64,000 nt of DNA from Endomicrobiia bacterium (GTDB lineage Bacteria; Elusimicrobiota; Endomicrobiia; DTEH01): contig JBCNUU010000002.1 in the NCBI GenBank assembly GCA_039630545.1, positions 159,994-223,993 of the forward strand. Direction: 5' to 3'. This document shows, piece by piece, positions 1 through 9,014 of the stretch (position 1 is the first letter of the stretch; each line of letters starts with the position of its first letter). The translations under genes were made by a program, and so were the position numbers. A model generated the notes under the pieces. It was not told where the DNA came from. It saw only the letters and a program-made list of their open reading frames with translations, and made no database searches.

Positions 1-1908
1 TTTATTTTAAAATACGAAATGCGTTCCCTTTTAGAAGAATTGAAAAAAATAAAACTTTTTATAGAAAATAGCAATTATTCTTTGTTTCAGTTTTCAAAAC
101 AAAATGAAAGTAGTTTAAAAGAAAAAAAAGCGATATGTGTGAATGACGAAAAAAAATTTACAGGATTAATAAAAGACATTGAAAATTCAAAAATTATAAA
201 TTTTAGTTTTATTTATACTAAAAAAAATATTATTGGGTTAATTTTAAAAGTTGACTTGTTTTACTACTACATTCCTTTTATAAAACAAAAAAACCTTAAA
301 GGAGAAACAATAGATCCCTTGTCTGAAAAATGTTTTTTTCAAATTGTAGATTTTTTATTTTTTGAAACAAATAAACTTAAAATTTCTTTTAATATAAAAG
401 CGCAACTCAAACTATTAAATGTTTCGTTAAAAAAATTAGATAATAATATTTTTGATATTTTGTTGTTGTCTTATTTGTTGAATCCTGATAGAAAATACAA
501 AACTTTACAGGAAATAGTAGATTATTTTTTAACATCAAAACCTGTTGCAGAGTTTATGTTGCCTGATAATATTGATGTATTTTCTTTTCCTCAGGACACT
601 TTTGCTGATAGATTTATAGATTCTCTGGATGTGTTAAATTTGTTATTTGAAAGATTAAAAGAAAAATTAACTGAATATGATTTATATAAAGTATATGAAA
701 ATATAGATTTACCATTAAATATTCCCTTAATAAAAATGGAAAAAAATGGAATATTGTTAGATAAAGTGTACACCGAAAAATTTAAATCAGAAATAGAAGA
801 AAAAATAAAAGAAACAAAAAGTAGAATTTATGAATTAGCTGGATTAGAATTTAACATAAACTCTCCAAAGCAACTGGCCTTTGTGTTATTTGAAAAATTG
901 AGGTTACCTCCGATTAAAAGAAAAAAAACAGGATATTCTACCGATGAAGAGGTATTACGAAAATTATCTAATGTTCATCCTATAATTTCTTCTATTTTAC
1001 AATACAGAGAACTAGAAAAACTAAAAAACACCTATATTAATCCATTTATACAACATATTAATCCTTCTACACAACGGATCCATACAGTTTTTAATATTAC
1101 AGGGACTGCTACAGGGAGATTGTCCTCAGAAGAGCCTAATATGCAGAATCTGCCTATAAAAACAGAGTTAGGAAGAAAAATAAGACAGATGTTTGTAGCT
1201 CAAGAAAATTTCATGTTTGTTTCATTAGACTATTCTCAAATAGAGCTTAGAATTCTGGCACATTTTTCTAAAGATAAAAATTTAATAACAGCGTTCTTTG
1301 AAAATAAAGACATTCATAAATCTACTGCCTGTGAAATTTTTGGATTTGAAGAAAAAAATATAGATGAGAATCTACGCAGGATTGCAAAAGTTATAAATTT
1401 TGGAATAATATATGGGATTACTCCACAGGGATTGGGGAATGAATTGAACATTCCATCACAGATAGCAGAAGATTATATAAAAAAGTATTTTGAAAAATAT
1501 GTCCAGGTAAAACAATGGATAACAGATACAATAAATTCAGTTAAACATTACGGATATGTTAAAACTTTATTTGGCAGAATACGATTTATACCTGAGATAA
1601 ACTCTCCCAACAGACAACTTGCAGCATTTGGAGAACGTCTTGCTATTAATACTCCGATCCAGGGTACAGCAGCAGATATAATAAAATTGGCAATGATAAA
1701 AATTGATGATGTGATACAGGAAAGAAAATTAGAAGATAAAGTAAAGATGTTACTTCAAATTCATGATGAACTTCTATTTGAGATTCATGAGAGATATCTT
1801 GATGAAGTGGTACCAATCATTAAAAATATTATGGAAAACATAGTAAAGCTTGAAGTACCGTTAGTAGTGGATGTTACTATTTCCAAAAGATGGGGACAAG
1901 ACAATTAA
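1..1908 (+). CDS. polA: DNA polymerase I, 5'-truncated by the window edge
   Basis: Family A motifs TGRLSSEEPNMQN, DYSQIELRILAH, RIAKVINFGIIYG and LQIHDELLFE. The frame is open back to base 1 (FILKYEMRSL), so the true start lies upstream. Confidence 0.95.
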   Translation, partial: FILKYEMRSLLEELKKIKLFIENSNYSLFQFSKQNESSLKEKKAICVNDEKKFTGLIKDIENSKIINFSFIYTKKNIIGLILKVDLFYYYIPFIKQKNLKGETIDPLSEKCFFQIVDFLFFETNKLKISFNIKAQLKLLNVSLKKLDNNIFDILLLSYLLNPDRKYKTLQEIVDYFLTSKPVAEFMLPDNIDVFSFPQDTFADRFIDSLDVLNLLFERLKEKLTEYDLYKVYENIDLPLNIPLIKMEKNGILLDKVYTEKFKSEIEEKIKETKSRIYELAGLEFNINSPKQLAFVLFEKLRLPPIKRKKTGYSTDEEVLRKLSNVHPIISSILQYRELEKLKNTYINPFIQHINPSTQRIHTVFNITGTATGRLSSEEPNMQNLPIKTELGRKIRQMFVAQENFMFVSLDYSQIELRILAHFSKDKNLITAFFENKDIHKSTACEIFGFEEKNIDENLRRIAKVINFGIIYGITPQGLGNELNIPSQIAEDYIKKYFEKYVQVKQWITDTINSVKHYGYVKTLFGRIRFIPEINSPNRQLAAFGERLAINTPIQGTAADIIKLAMIKIDDVIQERKLEDKVKMLLQIHDELLFEIHERYLDEVVPIIKNIMENIVKLEVPLVVDVTISKRWGQDN

Positions 1909-1910
1909 AT

Positions 1911-2495
1911 ATGAAGCTTATAGGAGTAACCGGTTCTATAGCCTCTGGTAAAACAACAGTATCAAAAATTTTTTCAAAGATGGGGTTTCCAGTTATAAAC
2001 TGTGATGAAGTATATAGTTGTCTATTAAAGGAAAATAAAAATTTGAAGTTAAAGTTAATTAAAAAGTTTAGTAAATTTTTTAAGAATAAAAAAATTTCAA
2101 AACATAATCTATATGAACTTCTACTTTATTCTGACAGAAATTTAGCTTTAATAGAAAAAATTACGCATCCATTTATCTTAAAAGAAGTTTTTAAAAGAAT
2201 AAAAAAAATAAAAAGAAGAAAATATAAATTTTGTGTAGTTGATATTCCTTTGTTATTTGAAAAAAAATTGCAAAAAAAATTTGATTATACGCTTGTAGTC
2301 TATTGTTCTAAAAAAACACAATTAGAAAGATTAAAAAGACGAAAAGTTTCTAAAAAATTGTTAAATTTATTGATTGCTAGACAGTTAGATATTAAAGATA
2401 AAGTTTGTCTTGCAAATTTTGTAATTTACAACGACAATGTTTCTAAAATAGAACTTCAAAACCAACTATTTAGGCTAAAAAAATTCTTAACATAA
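1911..2495 (+). CDS. coaE: Dephospho-CoA kinase
   Basis: IGVTGSIASGKTTV P-loop, ITHP and VVDIPLLFE motifs; polA-coaE synteny. The ATG at 1911 is preferred over 1890. Confidence 0.92.
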   Translation: MKLIGVTGSIASGKTTVSKIFSKMGFPVINCDEVYSCLLKENKNLKLKLIKKFSKFFKNKKISKHNLYELLLYSDRNLALIEKITHPFILKEVFKRIKKIKRRKYKFCVVDIPLLFEKKLQKKFDYTLVVYCSKKTQLERLKRRKVSKKLLNLLIARQLDIKDKVCLANFVIYNDNVSKIELQNQLFRLKKFLT

Positions 2496-2497
2496 TA

Positions 2498-2526
2498 TTG
2501 ACAGGAATTTTTTAGTTTTATATTTT
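2498..2526 (+). promoter_or_regulatory. Putative sigma70 promoter of the B12 operon
   Basis: TTGACA (2498-2503), 17-nt spacer, TATTTT, just upstream of the riboswitch. Confidence 0.55.
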
Positions 2527-2537
2527 TTACTTGACCA

Positions 2538-2636
2538 CACTAGTGGGGGAAATGCCAGTGAGATTCTGGCTGCTGCCCACGCAACGGTAATCTCTATTCT
2601 TTTTATAGAATAGAGGAGCCCGGTCTATCACTAGTG
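2538..2636 (+). ncRNA. Cobalamin riboswitch aptamer (compact type)
   Basis: GGGAA-(GCCAG tgagatt CTGGC)-CTGCCCACGCAACGGTAA core and a B12-box-like GAGCCCGG, closed by CACTAGTG/CACTAGTG, directly upstream of btuF. Confidence 0.88.
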
Positions 2637-2713
2637 AAAGGTAAGTACCTACGGGGGTAGGGAAAAAAGTAAAAAGTTACTTTTTTTCTTACCTTCCTAA
2701 AGTACTTGCCTTT
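2637..2713 (+). promoter_or_regulatory. Riboswitch expression platform, long hairpin
   Basis: Outer stem AAAGGTAAGTAC/GTACTTGCCTTT and inner 17-bp stem GGTAGGGAAAAAAGTAA/TTACTTTTTTTCTTACC, ending 13 nt before the btuF ATG. Confidence 0.7.
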
Positions 2714-2726
2714 CTAAAAAATATTA

Positions 2727-3524
2727 ATGAAAAATTTATATTTACTTGTATTCACATATTCGCTTTTGCTTTCTTCTACAAATTATAAAATTATATCTCT
2801 TACTCCATCTATTACAGAAACTTTATATCTGTTAGGAGAAACTAAAAATGTAGTTGGTATCACATCTTTCTGCAAGCGAATCTCAAAGGAGCAAAGAATA
2901 GTAGGTACATATATTGAACCTAATATAGAAGAAATTATTAAAATTAACCCCGATATAGTGTTTATTTCAAAAGAAGGAACTAAAAAGGAAACAGTAGAAA
3001 AATTAAAAAAGTTTAATATCAATGTAGTTATATTTGAGCCAGTAAATAATTACAAAGAAATAAAATATCAGTTTCTGTATATTTCTAAGATTTTAAAAAA
3101 AGAAAAAACTGCCAAGGATATTTTAAGAAAATACGAAGCAAGTTTTAGACAAAAAACAAAAAAATATACTGGAAAGAAAATTTTGTGTATATTAAGTTTA
3201 AATCCTTTAATTGTAGCTTCTGATAAGAGCTATATAGGAGATATAATAAAAAATAGCGGAGGAATAAATCCTGTAATTTCTCAAATAAAATATCCTTCTA
3301 TTAGTTTAGAAGAACTATTAAAAATAAATCCTGAGATAATTATCATACCAGAGATGGGAATTAATAAGAAAGAAATCGAAAGATTTTTTATTAGATTTAA
3401 AAATTTAAACGCAGCAAAAAATAATAGAATTTATGTTTTACCTTCAGATGTTTTGTGTCAGCCAAATGTTAAAAATTATTTTCTTTCTGTACAAAAAATT
3501 TCAAAGATTCTTGAAGAAAAATGA
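2727..3524 (+). CDS. btuF: Cobalamin ABC transporter periplasmic binding protein
   Basis: IISLTPSITETLYLLG and PNIEEIIKINPD (helical-backbone SBP); B12 riboswitch context. Confidence 0.85.
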   Translation: MKNLYLLVFTYSLLLSSTNYKIISLTPSITETLYLLGETKNVVGITSFCKRISKEQRIVGTYIEPNIEEIIKINPDIVFISKEGTKKETVEKLKKFNINVVIFEPVNNYKEIKYQFLYISKILKKEKTAKDILRKYEASFRQKTKKYTGKKILCILSLNPLIVASDKSYIGDIIKNSGGINPVISQIKYPSISLEELLKINPEIIIIPEMGINKKEIERFFIRFKNLNAAKNNRIYVLPSDVLCQPNVKNYFLSVQKISKILEEK

Positions 3525-4504
3525 AGAAATTTTTGTGGATCTATGTGATTTGCTTACTTTTTATTTTAAATATAGCCTTTTCATTGTTCTATAACTTAGA
3601 TCTTAATCTTTTGATAACTAATATTATCAATAAAAATTTTACTACGACTGAGTTTAAAATATTGACTCAAATAAGAATCCCCAGAGTTTTTGCTTCGTTT
3701 TTTGTAGGAGCAGCTTTAGCCATTACAGGATGTGTGCTTCAAAGTGTATTTTTAAATCCTTTATGCGAAGGATATACTTTAGGAATAGCTTCTTGCGCTG
3801 GGTTAGGTGTGATTGTTGGTAATATTTTAAATTTGCCTTTAAATAAATTTTTTAATTCTTTATTAGGAGTAATTTTTTCTTTAGGTGTTGTGTTTTTACT
3901 TGTTTTACTTTTTAAAAAGACAGTGGATATAAGTTTTATCCTTGCAGGAATTGTATTAAATTTTTTCTTTTCAGGAGTTATTATTCTTTTGACATTATTT
4001 TTTGATCCTTATGAAATTCATTATGTGCTTTTATGGTTATTAGGTGGTTTTTCTTCTGTGGATGCACATTATGTTTATATTTCATGTATTGTGATTGTGA
4101 TATGTATTGTAATCTTGATAAACATGGGTGATAAGTTTGATGTAATGATATTAGGAAAAGAAAAAGCAATTTCGTTAGGGATAAAGGAGCGAATAATTAA
4201 AAATATATCTATTCTTATTTGTGTAATAATTTTGTCTTTGTGTGTGTCATTATCAGGAATAATTTCGTTTGTTGGGGTTATTGTTCCTAATGTAGTTAAA
4301 ATGTTTACAGGTTTAAAACATAAAAATTGGTTTTTTATGTCATTAATTTTTGGGGGCTTTTTTGTCTCTCTTTGTGACAATTTAGCCAAAAATCTGCTTT
4401 ATCCTTTAGAGATACCTATAAGCGTGTTTACAGGAATAATAGGTAGTATTTTCTTTTTAGTTTTTATACTAAAAGGTAACCTGTATGGTAATATTAAAAG
4501 TTGA
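3521..4504 (+). CDS. btuC: Cobalamin ABC transporter permease (FecCD family)
   Basis: IRIPRVFAS, NPLCEGYTLG and GIISFVGVIVP motifs; multiple TM helices. Confidence 0.88.
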   Translation: MKKFLWIYVICLLFILNIAFSLFYNLDLNLLITNIINKNFTTTEFKILTQIRIPRVFASFFVGAALAITGCVLQSVFLNPLCEGYTLGIASCAGLGVIVGNILNLPLNKFFNSLLGVIFSLGVVFLLVLLFKKTVDISFILAGIVLNFFFSGVIILLTLFFDPYEIHYVLLWLLGGFSSVDAHYVYISCIVIVICIVILINMGDKFDVMILGKEKAISLGIKERIIKNISILICVIILSLCVSLSGIISFVGVIVPNVVKMFTGLKHKNWFFMSLIFGGFFVSLCDNLAKNLLYPLEIPISVFTGIIGSIFFLVFILKGNLYGNIKS

Positions 4505-5255
4505 GGAATTAGTTAGTGGTTATCAGGATATAGATGTAATAAAAAAAATCTCTTTTTCAATTTCTACTGGAGAATTTGTAGGAATAATAGGTCCTAATGC
4601 ATCAGGAAAGTCTACTTTGCTTAAGACAATTGCAGGAGTGGTAAAAATAAAAAGTGGTAGGGTCTTAATTAATGATAAAGATATAATGGATTATCACCAT
4701 AAAGAGTTAGCAAAGACAGTTGGATTAAGTACCAATATTACAGATTACTCTTTAAATTTTAAAGTAAGAGATTTTATACTTCTAGCCAGATATCCATGGA
4801 ATTTTTCAGAGATTAACTATGAAGAGCTCTATGAAGAGTTTGAATTAAAATCAATTTTAAAAAAAACTTTAAAAGAACTTTCTTCAGGAGAACTTCAAAG
4901 GGTGTTAATTGCTCAACTTGTAGCTCAAACACCTCAGATATTCCTTTTAGACGAGCCGGTTTCACATTTAGATGTAGGTCATCAGATAGGTATCTTGGAT
5001 AAATTAAAAAGAATAAATTTAGAAAAAAAAATTACGATTTTGGCTTCTTTCCATGAGTTAAACCTTGCTGTGGAATACTGCGATAGGTTGATATTGCTAT
5101 TTAATGGAGAAATTAGAAAAATAGGAACACCTAAAGAAGTAATGGATTACAGAATATTAGAAGAGGTGTATAATACAAAATTGATAGTAAAAACAAACCC
5201 AATTTCTGAAAAACCATATGTAATTCCTGTACCGATGATGTGGAATAACTTTTAA
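4485..5255 (+). CDS. btuD: Cobalamin ABC transporter ATPase
   Basis: GPNASGKST Walker A, LSSGELQR signature, LLDEPVSHLD. Confidence 0.88.
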   Translation: MVILKVEELVSGYQDIDVIKKISFSISTGEFVGIIGPNASGKSTLLKTIAGVVKIKSGRVLINDKDIMDYHHKELAKTVGLSTNITDYSLNFKVRDFILLARYPWNFSEINYEELYEEFELKSILKKTLKELSSGELQRVLIAQLVAQTPQIFLLDEPVSHLDVGHQIGILDKLKRINLEKKITILASFHELNLAVEYCDRLILLFNGEIRKIGTPKEVMDYRILEEVYNTKLIVKTNPISEKPYVIPVPMMWNNF

Positions 5256-5272
5256 TTTTAAGGAATTAGTTT

Positions 5273-5812
5273 ATGGAAAAAAAATTAACACACCTTTATA
5301 CAGGTGATGGAAAAGGTAAAACCACTGCTTCTTTAGGATTGCTTTTGCGTGCCTTAGGTCATGGATGGAAAGTTTGTTTTGTAACTTTTCAAAAAGATCC
5401 TCAAAAATATGGCTATGGAGAATTCAAAGTTTTAAAAAAATTAAAAAATGTTAAAATATACAATTTTGCAAAAGTATGTCCTTATTTCACTAAAAAATAT
5501 GATATTGAAAAACTAAAACTGGAGATATCTAACTCTGTTAAGTTTATTAAGACTGATATTTTTAGAAAAAATTATGATTTAGTGATAATAGATGAAATTC
5601 TTGTTTGTGTAAGAGAAAAACTGTTAGATCTTAATGATATTAAGGACTTAATTAAAAATAAACCATTATCTACAGAACTCGTATTAACTGGCCAAGCTAA
5701 TAAAACGATTATAGACAAACTTAGAGATTGTGTAGATTATATTTCTTATGTAAAAAAACTGAAACATCCATATGATAAAGGAATTAAAAGAAGAAAAGGT
5801 ATAGAGTACTAA
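5273..5812 (+). CDS. cobO: Cob(I)alamin adenosyltransferase (CobA/CobO/BtuR)
   Basis: YTGDGKGKTTASLG, ELVLTG and KHPYDKGIKRRKGIEY. Confidence 0.92.
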   Translation: MEKKLTHLYTGDGKGKTTASLGLLLRALGHGWKVCFVTFQKDPQKYGYGEFKVLKKLKNVKIYNFAKVCPYFTKKYDIEKLKLEISNSVKFIKTDIFRKNYDLVIIDEILVCVREKLLDLNDIKDLIKNKPLSTELVLTGQANKTIIDKLRDCVDYISYVKKLKHPYDKGIKRRKGIEY

Positions 5813-5814
5813 CT

Positions 5815-6318
5815 ATGAAAAAAAGAATTTTAATTGTTGGTGGAATAAAAAGTGGAAAATCTGAATTTGCTTTGTCTTTTTTTAAGAATAAAAAAGCATA
5901 TTTTATCGCTACTGCACAACCTAAAGATTCTGAAATGAAAAAAAAGATTAATTTTCATAGAAAAAGAAGACCTAAAAACTTTCTAACTATAGAAGAACCT
6001 ATTAAGATAGTAAACAAAATAAAAAATTTTAAGAAAAACTCTGCAATACTTATTGACTGTGTTAATATTTGGATAGCTAATATGTTAAATAAGTATAGTG
6101 AAAATGAGATTTTAACTGAAGTAAAAAGCTTATGTGAGTGCTTAAAAAAATTTAAGTTAACTGTGTTAGTATCCAATGAAGTAGGAATGAGTTTAGTCGC
6201 TGTAAATAGATTGGGAAGAAAATTTCAAGAGTTATTAGGAAAAGTTAATCAGATTTTGTCTGATTGGGCAACTGATGTATATTTTTTAATAACAGGCATT
6301 CCTGTTAAAATAAAATGA
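5815..6318 (+). CDS. cobU: Adenosylcobinamide kinase / cobinamide-phosphate guanylyltransferase
   Basis: GGIKSGKS, FIATA, HRKRRP, VSNEVGMS and ITGIP. Confidence 0.92.
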   Translation: MKKRILIVGGIKSGKSEFALSFFKNKKAYFIATAQPKDSEMKKKINFHRKRRPKNFLTIEEPIKIVNKIKNFKKNSAILIDCVNIWIANMLNKYSENEILTEVKSLCECLKKFKLTVLVSNEVGMSLVAVNRLGRKFQELLGKVNQILSDWATDVYFLITGIPVKIK

Positions 6319-7040
6319 GAAAAAATAAAAAATACGCTGCTTGTTGTTTTAGCGGAGGAAAAGATTCTACTTTAGCTTTATGGTATGCAATTAAATCATG
6401 TTATGATGTTAGATATCTTATAAATTTTGCATCCCTTAAATTTCGAAGAAGTTCATTTCATGGAGTACCCTGTGAACTTATAAATTTACAGGCTAAGCTC
6501 ATTGGTATTCCTCTGCTTCAGTATTTTGTCGAATCTGACAATGATTCCTATGAGAAAACATTTAACGAGATGCTTAAGAAATTAAAATCTTTGAAAATAA
6601 AGTATTTTATATGTGGTGATATATATTTAGAAGAACATCCTAACTGGATAAAAAAACAATGTAAAAAGTACAATTTAAAGTTAGTTGAACCTCTATGGAA
6701 AAAAAAACCAGAAGACATTTTAGAAGAATTTATTGAGAGTGGTTTTAAAGCTAAAGTTGTAAGTGTGAATGCTAAAGTTTTACCTAAAAATTTTGTAGGC
6801 GAAGATTTGAATTATGAATTTATTAAAAAACTTCAAAAATACAGAGTTTGTTTATGTGGAGAAAATGGCGAATATCATACTTTTGTGTATGATGGTCCCA
6901 TTTTTACTCATAAAATAGAAATTTTAGAGACAGAAATTGTGTACAAAAAAACTTTTTGGTCTGCCTGGTTTTTAAACATTAAAAAATATGCTTTAAAAAG
7001 TAAAAATTATGACGAAAGAAAAAATATCATACATAATTAA
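6315..7040 (+). CDS. DUF71 / diphthine-ammonia ligase (Dph6)-like PP-loop ATP pyrophosphatase
   Basis: FSGGKDS PP-loop, FHGVP, GDIYLEEH, EPLW and CGENGEYHTFVYDGPIF. Confidence 0.88.
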   Translation: MRKNKKYAACCFSGGKDSTLALWYAIKSCYDVRYLINFASLKFRRSSFHGVPCELINLQAKLIGIPLLQYFVESDNDSYEKTFNEMLKKLKSLKIKYFICGDIYLEEHPNWIKKQCKKYNLKLVEPLWKKKPEDILEEFIESGFKAKVVSVNAKVLPKNFVGEDLNYEFIKKLQKYRVCLCGENGEYHTFVYDGPIFTHKIEILETEIVYKKTFWSAWFLNIKKYALKSKNYDERKNIIHN

Positions 7041-8097
7041 TTCTATATCTTTACCGGATTACTCTTTAATAAACAAAACCCAAAAATTACTGGATAATCT
7101 AACTAAACCTAAAAATTCTTTAGGTGATCTGGAAGAAATGGCAAAAAAAATAGCAGCAATTACAAATAATGTGGCACCGAAAATCAAAAAAAAGTATTTA
7201 TTTGTGTTAGCTGCTGACCACGGAGTAGCAGAAGAAAATGTTTCTGCATATCCGCAAGAGGTTACTTTTCAAATGGTTTTAAATTTTATTAAAAAAGGCG
7301 CAGCTATTAATGTTTTTACTGAACATACTGATACAAATATTTTTATAGTAGATATGGGTGTAAAAGGTGATTTTTCTTACTTAGAAAAAGAAGAAATTTT
7401 TGTTGATAAAAAAATAAATCCTGGAACAAAAAATTTCTTAAAAGAACCAGCTATGAGTAAAGATGAAGCAGAAAATGCCATATTATGTGGGATAGAGTTA
7501 GTTGAAAAAGTTTTAGATTTACATGATCCTGAAAATGGTGAAATTTTGTTGGTTGGAATTGGTGATATGGGTATAGGAAATACTACAACAGCTTCAGCTA
7601 TTACTGCTTTAATAACTAAAACAGAGGTTGAAAAAATAGTAGGTAGAGGAACTGGTGTGGATGATTTTAGATATAAAAACAAAATTGAAGTAATTAAAAA
7701 AGTCTTAAATAGATATGAATTTAACTTAAATGATGCGGTAGATATTCTTTCAAAAATAGGAGGATATGAAATTGCAGGAATGGTTGGTATAATTCTTGCT
7801 TGTGCCAGATATAAAATTCCTCTGGTTTTGGATGGATTTATTACAACTTCCGCAGCATTAGTTGCTTTATGTATGAGTGAGAAAATAAAAGAATATTTAT
7901 TCGCAGGACATCTTTCCAGAGAACCTGGTCATAGAATACAACTAGAATTTTTAGGTTTGAAACCTATTTTGAATCTTAATATGGCTTTAGGAGAAGGCAC
8001 GGGTGCTTGTTTAGCTATGGATATTTTAGAGCTTAGTTGTAAAATTTTACATGAAATGTCAACATTTGATGAAGCCAGAGTTTCAAGACAATTATGA
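7009..8097 (+). CDS. cobT: Nicotinate-nucleotide:dimethylbenzimidazole phosphoribosyltransferase
   Basis: LTKPKNSLGDLE, AADHGV, MGIGNTT, GRGTG and LGEGTGA. Confidence 0.95.
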   Translation: MTKEKISYIINSISLPDYSLINKTQKLLDNLTKPKNSLGDLEEMAKKIAAITNNVAPKIKKKYLFVLAADHGVAEENVSAYPQEVTFQMVLNFIKKGAAINVFTEHTDTNIFIVDMGVKGDFSYLEKEEIFVDKKINPGTKNFLKEPAMSKDEAENAILCGIELVEKVLDLHDPENGEILLVGIGDMGIGNTTTASAITALITKTEVEKIVGRGTGVDDFRYKNKIEVIKKVLNRYEFNLNDAVDILSKIGGYEIAGMVGIILACARYKIPLVLDGFITTSAALVALCMSEKIKEYLFAGHLSREPGHRIQLEFLGLKPILNLNMALGEGTGACLAMDILELSCKILHEMSTFDEARVSRQL

Positions 8098-8834
8098 AAA
8101 AAGTTTTGGATTTGTTTTTAAATACAATAAGTTTTTTGACTATAATTCCTATAAAAAGCAAAAAATTAGAGCATTATGGTTATTTGCTTTATATATTTTT
8201 CCCAGCAGTTGGATTAATCATAGGACTTCTATGTATAGGAATTTTAAAATTACTTGAAGAGTTTCTAAATTCAAAAGAGCTAGTAGTATTTTTTTTATTA
8301 TTTTTTTATATTGTCTTAGCAGATTTTTTTCATCTGGATGGATTTGCAGATACAATCGATGCTCTTTATGGATTTATCTTAAACAAGGAACCAAAAAAAA
8401 TCTTAAAAGATCCTCACATAGGTGCAATGGCTGTAGTTTATTTAGTGATGATTTTGTTGTATAAATTTTTTATTCTAAAACACATTAAAAATTTAGAGAC
8501 GGCAATATTGATTTCTTCTGTTATTAGTAGATGGAGTATGAGTGTAGCGGGTTTTTATGGAGTAGCAATGGAAGATTCTTTTGTTGGGAAAAGTTTTATA
8601 TATAGAGACTTAAAAGTACTCATCTTTAGTTTAGTTTCTGCATTTTTTTTATGTTTTATTTTTTTTGCTAATTCCATCTTTTTGTTGTTTATGTTTTTTT
8701 GTTCTTATTTGATAACATTCCTTGTTGTAAAATTCTTTAACCATAAATTCAGTGGTATTAATGGGGATATAATAGGATTTTGTAGTGAAGTGGTAGAGAT
8801 TTTAATTTTGTTGATGTTTTTTATAGGAGATTAA
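8094..8834 (+). CDS. cobS: Adenosylcobinamide-GDP ribazoletransferase (cobalamin synthase)
   Basis: FLTIIP, HLDGFADTIDAL, KDPHIG and GINGDIIG. Confidence 0.93.
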   Translation: MKKVLDLFLNTISFLTIIPIKSKKLEHYGYLLYIFFPAVGLIIGLLCIGILKLLEEFLNSKELVVFFLLFFYIVLADFFHLDGFADTIDALYGFILNKEPKKILKDPHIGAMAVVYLVMILLYKFFILKHIKNLETAILISSVISRWSMSVAGFYGVAMEDSFVGKSFIYRDLKVLIFSLVSAFFLCFIFFANSIFLLFMFFCSYLITFLVVKFFNHKFSGINGDIIGFCSEVVEILILLMFFIGD

Positions 8835-8865
8835 AGTTATGAAAATAGAGTTGAAATTATAAAAA

Positions 8866-8939
8866 AGACCGGTAGAAGAAAGTGGAGGCAAGTAGCTGGT
8901 AGTAAAAAATTATAAAAAATCCACTTTATCTACCGGTCT
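8866..8939. repeat. Long intergenic inverted repeat (hairpin), possible structured RNA
   Basis: AGACCGGTAGAAGAAAGTGGA (8866-8886) pairs with TCCACTTTATCTACCGGTCT (8920-8939) with one small internal mismatch. Confidence 0.75.
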
Positions 8940-9014
8940 ACTGTTTTTATATTATTAATTTCAAAATTTCAATTTTTAAAAAGATAATATAATTAGCGCG
9001 GGAGGGAACTTATT

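Noticed and set aside
8866..8939. SRP RNA, 6S RNA or tRNA identity for the hairpin
   Set aside because: No SRP GNRA/AGCAG domain, too short for 6S, and no cloverleaf.
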